DNA from: Methanobacteriota archaeon
GTDB taxonomy: Archaea; Thermoplasmatota; Thermoplasmata; SG8-5; JAGLSY01
Length of the DNA stretch: 64,000 nucleotides
Assembly (NCBI GenBank): GCA_020697715.1
Contig: JAEHCO010000001.1
Coordinates: forward strand, 810,149-874,148
Direction of reading: 5' to 3'
The position numbers and the translations under genes are program-made. How positions within the stretch are numbered: position 1 is the stretch's first letter; each line of letters begins with the position of its first letter. Positions 19,174 through 31,421 of the stretch are shown here, piece by piece. The notes under the pieces were generated by a model. That model was given only the letters and a program-made list of their open reading frames with translations, searched no databases and was not told where the DNA came from.

Positions 19174-21747
19174 TTATTCCTCATCATCTGGCTCTATCTC
19201 TTCTTCCAGCCCGCTGAGTTCCGCATCACTCATCACGTGCTGCGGTTTCTTCTCCGCGTGCTCGGCTTCTTCAATGGCTTCCTCAACTTCTTCGGGAGCC
19301 ACGAGCCTCGTCACACTGCAGACCTTGTCATCCTTCTTCTTCAGGCGCATGATCTTCACTCCTTGTGTCGCCCTGCTGATGATCCTAATATCCTTGACTG
19401 GCGTGCGTATGACCATGCCGCTTTCCGAAGTGACAATCAACTCATGATCGTCAGTGACTTCCCTGACGGTGACGACCTCTCCATTCCTTTCGGAGGTCCT
19501 TATATTGATAACACCTTTGGCACCGCGCTTGGTCTTTCTGTAATCCGAGACATTGGACCGCTTGCCGTATCCGTTCTCCGTAACCGTCAGGAGAACGCTC
19601 TCCTCGTCCACGATGGCCATTGACACGACCTCGTCATCGCTGGCCAGTGTCATTCCCTTCACGCCGATGGAGTGCCTGGACACTGTTCTGACAAGGGATT
19701 CTTCGAACCTCACAGCCTGGCCTTTTCTGGAGGCCAGGATTATCTCCTTGCTTCCATCGGTCATGGCCACTCGAACCAACTCATCATCCTCTCTTAGCTT
19801 GACAGCCCAGATACCAGTGACCCTCGGTCTCTTGTAAGCCGAGAGTTTCGTCTTCTTGATGATACCCTTCTTGGTGGAGAATATTAAATAATGGTCTTCA
19901 TCGAATTCCCTGACCGGGATGGCTGTCTGGACATACTCATCATCTTCCAACCTTGGAAGTATATTGACTATGGCCTTGCCCTTCGCATGACGACCTCCAA
20001 TTGGTATCCTGTATCCCTTGAGCCAGTGCACTCTTCCTTTATTGGTGAAGAAGAGCATGAAATTGTGAGTTGTCGTGACATACATATCTGTGATGATGTC
20101 CTCTTCCTTGGTCTCCATACCTATGAGGCCAACACCTCCACGGCGCTGTTGCTTGTATGTATCCAATGTAAGACGCTTGATATAGCCAGTTTGTGTCATG
20201 GAAATGACGATATCCTCTTCTGGGATGAGATCCTCAATATCCATGTCATCCGCATGCACGATTATATCGGTCTTACGCTCATCACCATATCTGGCTTTTA
20301 ATTCTGCCAGTTCTTCCTTGATGATCCTCATCACACGCTCTGGTGTCTCAAGGATATTTGTAAGGTCGGCAATGACGTTCAGCAGGGCGGAGTATTCGTC
20401 CTTCACGCCTTGTCTCTCCATATTGGTAAGCTTCTGAAGCCTCATGTCAAGTATTGCCTTTACCTGTTCAAGTGAAAGCATGAAATTGCCCATGAGCCCT
20501 TCTCTGGCTTCTTCCGCGGTCTTGGATTTTCTGATGATCGCTATGACGGCATCGATATTATCAAGGGCAACTATGAGTCCCTCTAATATGTGGGCTCTGG
20601 CCTTTGCCTTGCTCAGGTCGAATTCCGTTCTGCGAACTACAATGATCTTCCTGTGATTCACCCAATGTTCCAGCATCACCTTGAGGTTCATGACCTTTGG
20701 CTCATTGTCCACAAGAGCCAAGTTGATTATACCGAAGGTCGTCTGCATCTGCGTGTGCTTGTAAAGGATATTGAGAACGACTTCCTCCATCGTACCCCTC
20801 TTGAGCTCGATGACGATCCTCATTCCTTTTCTGTCGCTCTCATCCCTGAGATCGACAATTCCCTCGACCTTTTTGTTCTTCACAAGGTCAGCTATGTTCT
20901 CGATAAGCCTGGATTTATTAACTTGATATGGAATTTCTGTGACGATGATCCGGCTCTTGCCATTGTCCATTTCCTCGATGTGGCTTTTAGCCCTAATTCT
21001 GACACGACCACGGCCAGTGTTGTAGGCTTCGATTATGCCGACCATTCCATAGATCGTTCCGCCAGTTGGGAAATCCGGGGCCTGGATGAATTCCATCAGA
21101 TCCGCAACCTCGGCATCTGGATTGTCAATAAGGAAAGTAAGGCCATCCACAACTTCAGATAGGTTATGTGGCGGGATATTGGTCGCCATTCCGACCGCTA
21201 TTCCGGATGATCCATTGATTATGAGATTTGGAAGCCTGGAAGGCAGAACTGTCGGTTCCTGAAGACTGCCATCGAAATTATCAACGAATTCCACGGTCTC
21301 TTTATCTATATCGGCCAGCATTTCCTCCGCTGTCCGTCTCATACGACATTCTGTGTAACGCATGGCCGCCGCACTGTCACCGTCCACGCTACCGAAATTA
21401 CCCTGACCATCTACCAGCATGTACCTTAGTGAAAAAGGCTGGGCCATTCTGACCAATGTGCCATAAAGTGCCTGGTCACCATGTGGATGGTATTTACCAA
21501 GAACGTCACCGACCACACGGACAGATTTCTTGAAGGGGCGGTTGTGTCCCAGTCCTAGTTCGTTCATGCCATGCAGTAATCTACGATGAGCTGGCTTCAG
21601 TCCATCCCTGACATCTGGAAGAGCACGCCCGACTATGACACTCATCGCATAGTCGATATAGCATTTCTTCATCTCGTCCTCTATTGGCTTTGGGATCTCG
21701 CGTCTTCCCAGGGTTTCCTCATTTATTTCCATATCCACCATTTTCAA
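19174..21747 (-). CDS. gyrA: DNA gyrase subunit A
   Basis: [24 protein letters not shown] catalytic Tyr, GyrA-box QRRGGVG, pinwheel repeats. Confidence 0.97.
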   Translation of the reverse strand: MKMVDMEINEETLGRREIPKPIEDEMKKCYIDYAMSVIVGRALPDVRDGLKPAHRRLLHGMNELGLGHNRPFKKSVRVVGDVLGKYHPHGDQALYGTLVRMAQPFSLRYMLVDGQGNFGSVDGDSAAAMRYTECRMRRTAEEMLADIDKETVEFVDNFDGSLQEPTVLPSRLPNLIINGSSGIAVGMATNIPPHNLSEVVDGLTFLIDNPDAEVADLMEFIQAPDFPTGGTIYGMVGIIEAYNTGRGRVRIRAKSHIEEMDNGKSRIIVTEIPYQVNKSRLIENIADLVKNKKVEGIVDLRDESDRKGMRIVIELKRGTMEEVVLNILYKHTQMQTTFGIINLALVDNEPKVMNLKVMLEHWVNHRKIIVVRRTEFDLSKAKARAHILEGLIVALDNIDAVIAIIRKSKTAEEAREGLMGNFMLSLEQVKAILDMRLQKLTNMERQGVKDEYSALLNVIADLTNILETPERVMRIIKEELAELKARYGDERKTDIIVHADDMDIEDLIPEEDIVISMTQTGYIKRLTLDTYKQQRRGGVGLIGMETKEEDIITDMYVTTTHNFMLFFTNKGRVHWLKGYRIPIGGRHAKGKAIVNILPRLEDDEYVQTAIPVREFDEDHYLIFSTKKGIIKKTKLSAYKRPRVTGIWAVKLREDDELVRVAMTDGSKEIILASRKGQAVRFEESLVRTVSRHSIGVKGMTLASDDEVVSMAIVDEESVLLTVTENGYGKRSNVSDYRKTKRGAKGVINIRTSERNGEVVTVREVTDDHELIVTSESGMVIRTPVKDIRIISRATQGVKIMRLKKKDDKVCSVTRLVAPEEVEEAIEEAEHAEKKPQHVMSDAELSGLEEEIEPDDEE

Positions 21748-21759
21748 TCACCCCTTGAT

Positions 21760-23793
<2,034 letters not shown>

Positions 23794-24007
23794 GATGATA
23801 CTATTATCTAATATTTTTAACATTATACAATGCTCCTCAATAGTTTCTGATTTGTTATAAAACATATTTCATCATGTTTTTTATCATAATGTCAATAATT
23901 ATCTAAATATCGACTTAATATCCTAATTAATCTGTCAAAACCTTTATGAAGGATATTACCTTTTACCATTATACATTAAGTAAATTTGGGATCGGCGAGG
24001 ATTGATA

Positions 24008-24367
24008 ATGGCAAATATTTCACAGATAGAAGATGCACTTCATTCGATAAAGCAAAATAATGGAGTTATGGACGCTGTAATGGTGTCCAGAAGCGGTATG
24101 CATATAGCTGGTGATGTTCCATCTGGAGTACACACAGAGACCTTCGTAGCCATGTCTGCAATTTTACTTGGAGCGGCTGAAACCTCAACTTCCGAGCTCA
24201 GAGACAAACTAAAGCTGGTGACAATAAACCTTGAACACTCTACCATATTCATCAATACCATCAGTAGCAGGGGGATATTGGTATTGAGGTCCAAGACCGA
24301 AGTTACCAGGGATGAGATCGTGGATATCATCAACACCCACGCAAGTAAGATCGAAGCAAGCCTTTGA
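24008..24367 (+). CDS. Roadblock/LC7 domain protein
   Basis: AVMVSRSGMHIAG...ETFVAMSAILLGAAE. Confidence 0.88.
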   Translation: MANISQIEDALHSIKQNNGVMDAVMVSRSGMHIAGDVPSGVHTETFVAMSAILLGAAETSTSELRDKLKLVTINLEHSTIFINTISSRGILVLRSKTEVTRDEIVDIINTHASKIEASL

Positions 24368-24487
24368 TATCTCAGACCTTTATCTTATCATAGATCACCT
24401 GTTCAGCTCATGCTGTACATGATCTTGAAATGTTATAATTTATCTTGAAGGATGACTTAAGATAGATGAATGAAGATAAATGAATAT

Positions 24488-26674
24488 TCACTTTATCTTT
24501 GACCCTGGCTTCATGTCCTTGTCAGAAACTATGTTCATATTTCCTGTTCTAAGGAGAAGCTCCGAATCCGCACTCATGATAGCTGCTTTATTGCCATCTC
24601 TTATTTTCAGGGTGACATTCTGGAATTCTGGAAAGCTGATCTGTTTCGCGCCCTCTGCTCCAGAGATCCTATCACCTGGCTTTGCATCGCCATCAGGCAT
24701 CAATATGGATACCTTCTCATCATCACTCGCGGCCAGGAGCATGCACTGGGATTCAATCCCCCTCAGCTTTGCTGGTTTCAGATTGCAGACAACTGTTATT
24801 GTTTTACCAGCCAGCTCCTCTTTTGAATAGTGTTCTTTGAGGCCAGCCACCAATTGCCTTTCCTCATCTCCGAGATCGATGATCATGACAATGAGTTTGT
24901 CAGCATCCGGGTGGTCATGCACCTCGGCGATCCTGCCGATCCTCAGATCCAGCTTCTTTAGTTCATCTGCTGGGCTAGCTATCTTTTCTTCAATAGTGGT
25001 GTCGGTATCCATTTCATCGTCCTCCTCAATTTCTTCTAGCTTTTTGAATAATGGCTCTGGCTTTTTGAGTTCTGTACCTGATATAGGTGGCTCGATTGCC
25101 TTGTTCCAATTATCTTTGTCAAGCACTTGTCCTTCCTCTCCAAGTGCTTCCCACAATTTCTGGGATGAGAAAGGCAAATATGGTGCGAAGATAACAGCCA
25201 GTGCTTTCGAGATGCGAAGAGAAGTATGGAGAGTTATGGCACATTTATCCCTATCTTGCTTCAATTCAGCCCATGGAGCCTTTGTGTCAATGTACTGATT
25301 TCCAAAGCGTGCTAATTCCATAGCACGTTTTATCCCTCGCTTGAACTCACATTTATCCAGATGTTCTGCAACATCATGCACAACGGCCTTGATCTCTTCC
25401 AATGCTTCCTCATCCGGAGCACTCAATTGGCCAGGCTCGTCCGGTATCTGGCCAAAGTTCTTCTGTGTGAAGCTCAGGGTCCTATGAACGAAGTTCCCAT
25501 AAGTAGCAACAAGTTCATTGTTGTTCCTGGTCTGGAAATCTTCCCATGTGAAATCAGTGTCGCGGTTCTCTGGCATGGTCGTGGTCATGTAATATCTCAT
25601 GGCGTCGGGCTCATATTTCTCAACAATATCCTTTATCGAGACTGAAACACCGCGAGATTTGGAGAATTGCTGACCTCCAAATCTGAGGTATGCATTTCCT
25701 GGAACATCATAGGGCAGGTTAAGATCCTTATCAAAGGAACGGAGAACTGCTGGCCAGAATATTGTGTGAAATGGGATATTGTCCTTTCCGAGGAAGTAAT
25801 AATGACGGCATTCGGGGTTCTTCCAGAAGCTCTCGAGCTTCTGTTCATCCACCTGGCCATCCTTATCCATCGCCCATTTGACAGCCATCGTGTAATAGCC
25901 CATGAAGGCCTCGAACCAAACATATATTCTCTTATCATCATGTCCGTCAAAAGGTATTTTGATCCCATAGGTGGTATCTCGGGTAACTGGCCTGTCTTTC
26001 AATCCGCCTTCTATGAACATCCTGGAGAAATTGAGAACATGAGGTCGCCAGTAGTCTTTATCCGACATCCATTCCTTCAGTTCTTGCTCAAGGGCGCTCA
26101 GTTTGAAGAAGAAATGACTGCGTGTGACGAACTTCGGCTCCGAGCCACAGGCCGTGCATCTGAGAGATATCAGCATATCTGGATCCATGAGCTTTCCACA
26201 TTCCTCGCATTGATCGCCTCTGGCATTCTCATAATGGCAGAAGGGGCATTCGCCCTCCACATACCGGTCTGGCAGGGTTCTGTCGCATTCGCCACAATAG
26301 GGTAGTTCCATCTCTTTCTCGTAGAGGTAGCCATTCTCGTGAATTGTCTTGAACAAATGGCTCACGGTCTCGATATGAACTGGATCCTCGGTGCTGTGGA
26401 ATTCATCGAACTCGATCCCGAAGTCCTTGAGCGCTTTGTCATTCATGGTGTGGTATTTCTGGGCCAGCTCCTCTGGTCTGATGCCCTCTTTCTCGGCTCC
26501 CACAGTGACTGGGGTGCCGTGCATATCCGAGCCAGATACCATCAGGACCTCGTTGCCTCTCATGATATGGAATTTACGGAATATGTCGGGGGGAAGGTTG
26601 CATCCAGCCATGTGGCCGACATGAATTGGGCCATTGGCATAGGGCCAGGCCACTCCTATGAATATCTTGCTCAT
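24488..26674 (-). CDS. metG: Methionyl-tRNA synthetase with C-terminal tRNA-binding OB domain
   Basis: PYANGPIHVGH, two Zn knuckles, GKDNIPFH, FSKS, HPDADKL...NLKPAKLRG. Confidence 0.97.
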   Translation of the reverse strand: MSKIFIGVAWPYANGPIHVGHMAGCNLPPDIFRKFHIMRGNEVLMVSGSDMHGTPVTVGAEKEGIRPEELAQKYHTMNDKALKDFGIEFDEFHSTEDPVHIETVSHLFKTIHENGYLYEKEMELPYCGECDRTLPDRYVEGECPFCHYENARGDQCEECGKLMDPDMLISLRCTACGSEPKFVTRSHFFFKLSALEQELKEWMSDKDYWRPHVLNFSRMFIEGGLKDRPVTRDTTYGIKIPFDGHDDKRIYVWFEAFMGYYTMAVKWAMDKDGQVDEQKLESFWKNPECRHYYFLGKDNIPFHTIFWPAVLRSFDKDLNLPYDVPGNAYLRFGGQQFSKSRGVSVSIKDIVEKYEPDAMRYYMTTTMPENRDTDFTWEDFQTRNNNELVATYGNFVHRTLSFTQKNFGQIPDEPGQLSAPDEEALEEIKAVVHDVAEHLDKCEFKRGIKRAMELARFGNQYIDTKAPWAELKQDRDKCAITLHTSLRISKALAVIFAPYLPFSSQKLWEALGEEGQVLDKDNWNKAIEPPISGTELKKPEPLFKKLEEIEEDDEMDTDTTIEEKIASPADELKKLDLRIGRIAEVHDHPDADKLIVMIIDLGDEERQLVAGLKEHYSKEELAGKTITVVCNLKPAKLRGIESQCMLLAASDDEKVSILMPDGDAKPGDRISGAEGAKQISFPEFQNVTLKIRDGNKAAIMSADSELLLRTGNMNIVSDKDMKPGSKIK

Positions 26675-26774
26675 TTTAAGCACCTCTGTAGGGCTGATAC
26701 GGATATAGGATTTATAATTTTATGAGTACAGAATGTATTTGTAAATGAATAAAACGGTATGAGGTCCGAGATGG

Positions 26775-26927
26775 GAAAAATGAGATTTTATTGACGCATA
26801 TTCTCATTTTTCGCGCTAGCCCAATTATGAAGAATTCAATTCACTGGCTGAAGAATTGGGCGTATATCAACATTGGCTAATATCATTTTATGAGTATGAA
26901 AAATAATTGACGAAAATAAAATGATAT
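26775..26927. repeat. Three consecutive inverted repeats 3' of tRNA-His
   Basis: GAAAAATGAGA/TCTCATTTTTC, GCCCAATT/AATTGGGC, ATATCATTTTAT/ATAAAATGATAT. Confidence 0.65.
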
Positions 26928-26930
26928 GAG

Positions 26931-27003
26931 GGCCGAGACCGAGAATTGAACCCGGGACGAGGGCTCCACAGGCCCCCAGGATAACCACTACCCCACCCCG
27001 GCC
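26931..27003 (-). tRNA. tRNA-His(GTG), G-1 encoded, CCA not fully encoded
   Basis: G-GCCGGGG...TCTCGGC-C acceptor stem; anticodon loop CTGTGGA; GTTCAATTC T-loop. Confidence 0.95.
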
Positions 27004-27140
27004 ATACTGTGCGATTGATAGATCAATGTGGTAATGTGGAAGACCTACAAACATGACATTATATAAAAATTTAGCAGGAAGTATATGTAAATGCCATCAG
27101 GGAGCTATAATTTATATCGGTAAAGAGCATTTCCTGCACT

Positions 27141-28163
27141 ATGGCAGAAGGGGAAGGGCCAATTCCAATTATATCAGCCAGTGATCTGGAGAAGTACGGA
27201 TACTGTCCAATGAGCTGGTGGTTGAGCATTGGCCTCTCTAATGAGAAAGAGGAGGACAAAAAGGTATTAGCTACCGGTCAGGAGAAGCACAATAGCCTGA
27301 GTCAGGACCTTACCAGTATCTTGGAAGGGGAGAGCATGGCGAAGGAATCCGAGACCATTGTTCTTTGGTTCGCTATCGCGGCCACCCTCATATCTTTGGT
27401 CGGCCTATCTCTGGTGTTCAAAGCAGATCTCAATATCGGTCTTATAATGGGGGTCATTGCTCTTATTTGGATACTCGCGGCCTGTTATTTTCTCTATCTA
27501 GCAGAGACGATATCACATAAAAAGACCATAATGGTCTATCAAAGAATAATCCTTATATTTGCAATTGTCGGAGCCATCATCGGAGTCAATTCCCTTACTA
27601 TCCTTGAGCAATATTTCAGTCCGGAAATGGCCGAGATAATGCTTGCCATTTCACTAACCTGGCTTGTCGCCGCTTCTTATTTCCTGTACAGATCGTTGAA
27701 GCACTTTCATGACGCGATGAAGAAAAGACAGTTGAGAAAGGTAAAGGAAAAGATATCTTATGTGGATACTGAAGATAAGAAACCCAAATTATTCATATCC
27801 AAGAAGCTGGGTCTTAGTGGTAGGCCTGATTATGTGCTCGTGATAGATGAGGGTCACATACCCGTGGAGGTCAAGACTGGGCGAACACCCCGGGGACCAT
27901 TGTTCTCCCATATACTTCAAACCGCAGCCTATTGCATCCTGATAGATGAAAAATATGGCGAGGCTCCCCCCTATGGGATCTTAAGGTATGATAAGGCCGA
28001 GCATGAGATAGAGTATGACGAATCCCTCAAGGACCTGGTCATCACAAAGCTCAAGGAAATGCGAAATATCTTGATAACAAAGGAAGTGCACAGGAATCAT
28101 AATAAGCCAGGCAAGTGCAAGAATTGTTCAAGAAGGTCCATTTGCCAGGAAAGATTGGACTGA
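27141..28163 (+). CDS. cas4: Solo Cas4-like PD-(D/E)xK Fe-S nuclease with four inserted TM helices
   Basis: SASDLEKYGYCP; GRPDYV, VEVKTG, QTAAY; C-terminal CKNC...C; hydrophobic segments at about aa 73-185. Confidence 0.85.
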   Translation: MAEGEGPIPIISASDLEKYGYCPMSWWLSIGLSNEKEEDKKVLATGQEKHNSLSQDLTSILEGESMAKESETIVLWFAIAATLISLVGLSLVFKADLNIGLIMGVIALIWILAACYFLYLAETISHKKTIMVYQRIILIFAIVGAIIGVNSLTILEQYFSPEMAEIMLAISLTWLVAASYFLYRSLKHFHDAMKKRQLRKVKEKISYVDTEDKKPKLFISKKLGLSGRPDYVLVIDEGHIPVEVKTGRTPRGPLFSHILQTAAYCILIDEKYGEAPPYGILRYDKAEHEIEYDESLKDLVITKLKEMRNILITKEVHRNHNKPGKCKNCSRRSICQERLD

Positions 28164-28223
28164 TAGCAATAATTATTTTAAGGGTGCTGGCAGCATGTAT
28201 TTTTAATTATGAAGGATTCATAA

Positions 28224-28550
28224 TTATTTGATATCCTGTTCATAATTGAGACCACTGAGAAGAGCCATTTCCGCCTTCTGGATCTCCCTGCCAAGGTAAG
28301 CCGCGTGTTCCATCCTAGAGACCAGATTCTCTCTGATTATGGTGTGACAAAGGGCTTCAGCATTTCTTCCACATACAGTGGCCATCAACTTGCCAGTATC
28401 TGTCTTTTTTGAATCCTTGCCTTTGGAGACATTCTCATAGAACTCGACAACTATCTCCTTTCTTGATTTATCTATGAATATTACAAAGAATCCTTTGGGA
28501 TCCAGTATCAGGCGCACATCTTTTTCTGCTTCAATTGTCTCCATGCTCAT
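28224..28550 (-). CDS. DUF4346 domain protein
   Basis: LDPKGFFVI...GRNAEALC...HAAYLGREIQKAE...YEQD. Confidence 0.85.
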   Translation of the reverse strand: MSMETIEAEKDVRLILDPKGFFVIFIDKSRKEIVVEFYENVSKGKDSKKTDTGKLMATVCGRNAEALCHTIIRENLVSRMEHAAYLGREIQKAEMALLSGLNYEQDIK

Positions 28551-28566
28551 ATCGATTTCCTCCAGT

Positions 28567-29538
28567 TCATTTTGTGATCATCAGCTCCTTCTCAACCAGA
28601 TCTCTGGCCTCCACCATATTTCTTAGTTTTTGGCAGGCGACCTTTTGATCAAGGTTCCGCAACCCGCAATCCGGGTCGAGTAAGAGCTTATCCTCACTAA
28701 ATAGGTCGAGCCCCTTTAAAATCCTTTCTTTGATTTTATCAACACTTTCCGCTTCATTGACATCGGATCGAACACATCCGAATCCCAGCTTATGCGGGAA
28801 GTCATATCCCGAGACAAAATCATCAAGGCCAGTATGCGCCGCGAACTCATGGTCAAGTATATCGACATCGATCTCGATCAAGTCTTCGAACAAGGGCTTG
28901 ATATCACCACATACATGAAGGGCCTTGTCAACATTCGTGTTCTTCAGGACGATTTCTACCAGATCCTTACCGTACTCTGGCCGATCTATCGAGAAGAAGG
29001 GCTCGTCCACCTGTATGATATCGACGATGTCCGAGATGGCTTCCACTTCCTTCGAAAGAGACTCCGCGATATCGAAGGCCAGGTTTTCCACATTACCGTA
29101 ATGCTCATCCACGCAGGAGCGGGCCATCGTGTACGCTCCTGTCACGATGCCTTTGATCCTCACATTGTCCCCGACAAGACTTCTCGCATACAGGAGATCA
29201 TCATGGGTTATTGGAGAATCGAATGATACGTCACCGATCACCACTGGCCGGGTCTTCATCCTTATGCCATTGAGCTTCGACGCAAAGAGGGTGACCATGT
29301 CATTCCTGGTCTGCCCATCTGAAATGATATCTATGCCAGCTTCCAGCTGAGCCTGTATGGAATCCTCCAGGCTTTTTTTGAAGGGATCTGGGTCAATAGA
29401 AGATCCCTGATCTTGAGCAGCATCTTCCATTGATGTCATGCGCCCCACATCAATGTTATATGACCTTTCAAAGTCCCTGCCTCGAGGTCTGGCTGGGAAG
29501 CTTCCGACTACCGTGGTCGTCAATCTATGTCCGCTCAC
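28567..29538 (-). CDS. Core (single-barrel) methionine synthase, MesA-like
   Basis: TTVVGSFP, ISDGQ, KGIVTG, IQVDEP; Zn ligands HVC, HE, PDCG; no N-terminal folate-binding barrel. Confidence 0.88.
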   Translation of the reverse strand: MSGHRLTTTVVGSFPARPRGRDFERSYNIDVGRMTSMEDAAQDQGSSIDPDPFKKSLEDSIQAQLEAGIDIISDGQTRNDMVTLFASKLNGIRMKTRPVVIGDVSFDSPITHDDLLYARSLVGDNVRIKGIVTGAYTMARSCVDEHYGNVENLAFDIAESLSKEVEAISDIVDIIQVDEPFFSIDRPEYGKDLVEIVLKNTNVDKALHVCGDIKPLFEDLIEIDVDILDHEFAAHTGLDDFVSGYDFPHKLGFGCVRSDVNEAESVDKIKERILKGLDLFSEDKLLLDPDCGLRNLDQKVACQKLRNMVEARDLVEKELMITK

Positions 29539-30464
29539 TTCAATCTCCTCTTTGGATGATCCTCGGGTATCTCGATGCCGAAATAATCCTCACCGCCCTC
29601 GGCAATGAACTTGTCCACCATCGCGATGAATGGGAATATCTGGCCAGCATTTCTCATTGGTCCGTATACGCAGTAATCGGCTCCCATCATGACAGGCAGT
29701 GCGTTTGCCCCGACATCGCAAGTGAGATATGCCTCGCGATGTGTCTTTCTGTAATCCTTCATCCATAACCATGATTCCACGGTGTTGTGGATGGCACATC
29801 CTGCTGGCAATCCCCATTTGTTCTTCATCACGGGGATCGACCTGATGGTCTCTGCCGTATTGTGATCAAAGGGAGTCGCGCCAGTATCTATTATCATATT
29901 GGGAATATTGGCTTCTTTCGCAATATCCATGAGCCCTTGGTCCAGAAGGCCAGCACCATTCTCCAGTATCTCCATCCTGCCATCCGTGCTCATGTTCTTC
30001 GGATTGTAGCCCAGAACGATAGCGCAACCCGGCGGATTGTTAGCCAGTGCTTCTTTCTCCATCTCTTCCAATCCCAGGTTAAGGGAATTGTATATCAGCC
30101 TCGATGAGACGCCGATCTCCCCGGCGTGGTCCAGGACCTTCGCCCGGAGCTCGCTCTCTGGAACATCCACGCATATCGGCCTGTTCTCTGGAACTCGGTC
30201 CAGAACAAAGTTCAATCGGGTCTCTATTTGCTCTTCCGACCCGATGAATATATCACATATTCCTGGATTGCCAGTCATCTGGCTGAGTTCCTCTTGGGTG
30301 GCGATAAAACCAGCAATTTCCTCCATGGCCTCTGGTGCATGATCTCTGTATTTTTTACCGTAAAATACAGTTCCGAACAACACGGTGGGCAATTCTCCTG
30401 GCTGTCCACCCATGCTCATATCGCCTATCTTGATCTTTATTTGTTCTTTTGAAAAGTTCAACAT
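29535..30464 (-). CDS. mtrH: MtrH/MtxH-like methyl-tetrahydropterin:corrinoid methyltransferase
   Basis: FSKEQ...GGQPGELPTVLFGTVFY, IYNS, KWGLPAGCAIHN, GADYCVYGP. Confidence 0.88.
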   Translation of the reverse strand: MLNFSKEQIKIKIGDMSMGGQPGELPTVLFGTVFYGKKYRDHAPEAMEEIAGFIATQEELSQMTGNPGICDIFIGSEEQIETRLNFVLDRVPENRPICVDVPESELRAKVLDHAGEIGVSSRLIYNSLNLGLEEMEKEALANNPPGCAIVLGYNPKNMSTDGRMEILENGAGLLDQGLMDIAKEANIPNMIIDTGATPFDHNTAETIRSIPVMKNKWGLPAGCAIHNTVESWLWMKDYRKTHREAYLTCDVGANALPVMMGADYCVYGPMRNAGQIFPFIAMVDKFIAEGGEDYFGIEIPEDHPKRRLK

Positions 30465-31064
30465 TTAACTCTCCTCCACTGGCATTTCCTCGATCTCAAG
30501 AAAAGGATCGAGTATCAGGTCCTTGTGAAATCCTATCTTGCCCGTTAGTCTCTTAACGGACGGCCTGTCGCTATTCTTATTGTCCACGAACTCCACGATA
30601 TAAGGCTCTCCAAATGACTCATGGTCGATAGCCAGTTGTTCCTCCACGGCCTTCATGATCTCCTCATTATCGATCACATCGATCATGTTGATGATCTTGA
30701 TCTGGCTACGGAAACGCTCGATCGCTTCTTCATCAATATTCTCGATGAAGGGAACCGCTCCCTTCGCGCCCGATATCCTTCCATTGTCGTCCACTCCTTT
30801 GCTGTGAAGTGATAGAAGGCTATGGCCGGATCTGTGGCCGCGAACTTCCTCACCACATACTATAAGAACTCTGATAAGCGGATTGGAGATCACATTCGCT
30901 ACAACCTTCTCGATACCCAGGTTCTCGGTCTTCATGTGACCCCATATCGCGATTTTGTCTTTTGGAAAATCGATCTTACTGGCCAGTGTGACGATCGCCA
31001 CCGGGCTATCCGGGCTTCCAATTGTGTATTCTCCTCTCCATGGGTACATCATGTTCTCACTCAT
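30465..31064 (-). CDS. mtrA: Soluble MtrA/MtxA-like corrinoid protein
   Basis: PWRGEY..G, VAIVTLAS, KTENLGIEKVVANVISNP.IR, EVRGHRSG (Co-ligand His), PFIEN...RFRSQ; no C-terminal TM helix. Confidence 0.9.
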   Translation of the reverse strand: MSENMMYPWRGEYTIGSPDSPVAIVTLASKIDFPKDKIAIWGHMKTENLGIEKVVANVISNPLIRVLIVCGEEVRGHRSGHSLLSLHSKGVDDNGRISGAKGAVPFIENIDEEAIERFRSQIKIINMIDVIDNEEIMKAVEEQLAIDHESFGEPYIVEFVDNKNSDRPSVKRLTGKIGFHKDLILDPFLEIEEMPVEES

Positions 31065-31223
31065 TCTTTGAGCCAGGATTATGAGTTTCTACACTTAAAG
31101 ATATTTGCTGAAAGTGTCTCTGATAATGACAAGAATAATTCAGTGATATTCATCAATAATTTAGTAAATACCAAAGGACGACCCAAGGAAAATTATATAT
31201 TAGATAATAGATTGACCAGGCCT

Positions 31224-31315
31224 GTGTGAAGGGGCAAAATTATACCCTTCGGGGTACTATTTTAACTCTTCTTCCCACACCCCCTTCACACTCTCTAATA
31301 TTTGTTTGTTTTTTT
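31224..31315 (+). ncRNA. Candidate small structured RNA 1
   Basis: TTATATAT at 31193; 11-bp closing stem GTGTGAAGGGG/CCCCTTCACAC; inner hairpin with a C(UUCG)G tetraloop; oligo-T 3' end. Confidence 0.6.
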
Positions 31316-31421
31316 ACATTGCGAAAGTCCCATTACTAAAAAGTATATTTTTATCTCCAAATTCCTTCAAAAATGAACTTTCAAGGCGAAACACTTAAGC
31401 CTTGAATTAATAATGTATTCA

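Noticed and set aside
26836-27054. 72-aa ORF over tRNA-His, and the many other shadow ORFs in the track
   Set aside because: They overlap a tRNA or well-supported genes and show no recognisable motifs.
27141-28163. CRISPR-Cas locus implied by cas4
   Set aside because: No repeat-spacer array and no cas1, cas2 or effector genes in the window.
29535-31064. mtrA/mtrH as evidence of methanogenesis
   Set aside because: No membrane Mtr subunits or mcr here, MtrA lacks an anchor, and the operon partner is a methionine synthase.
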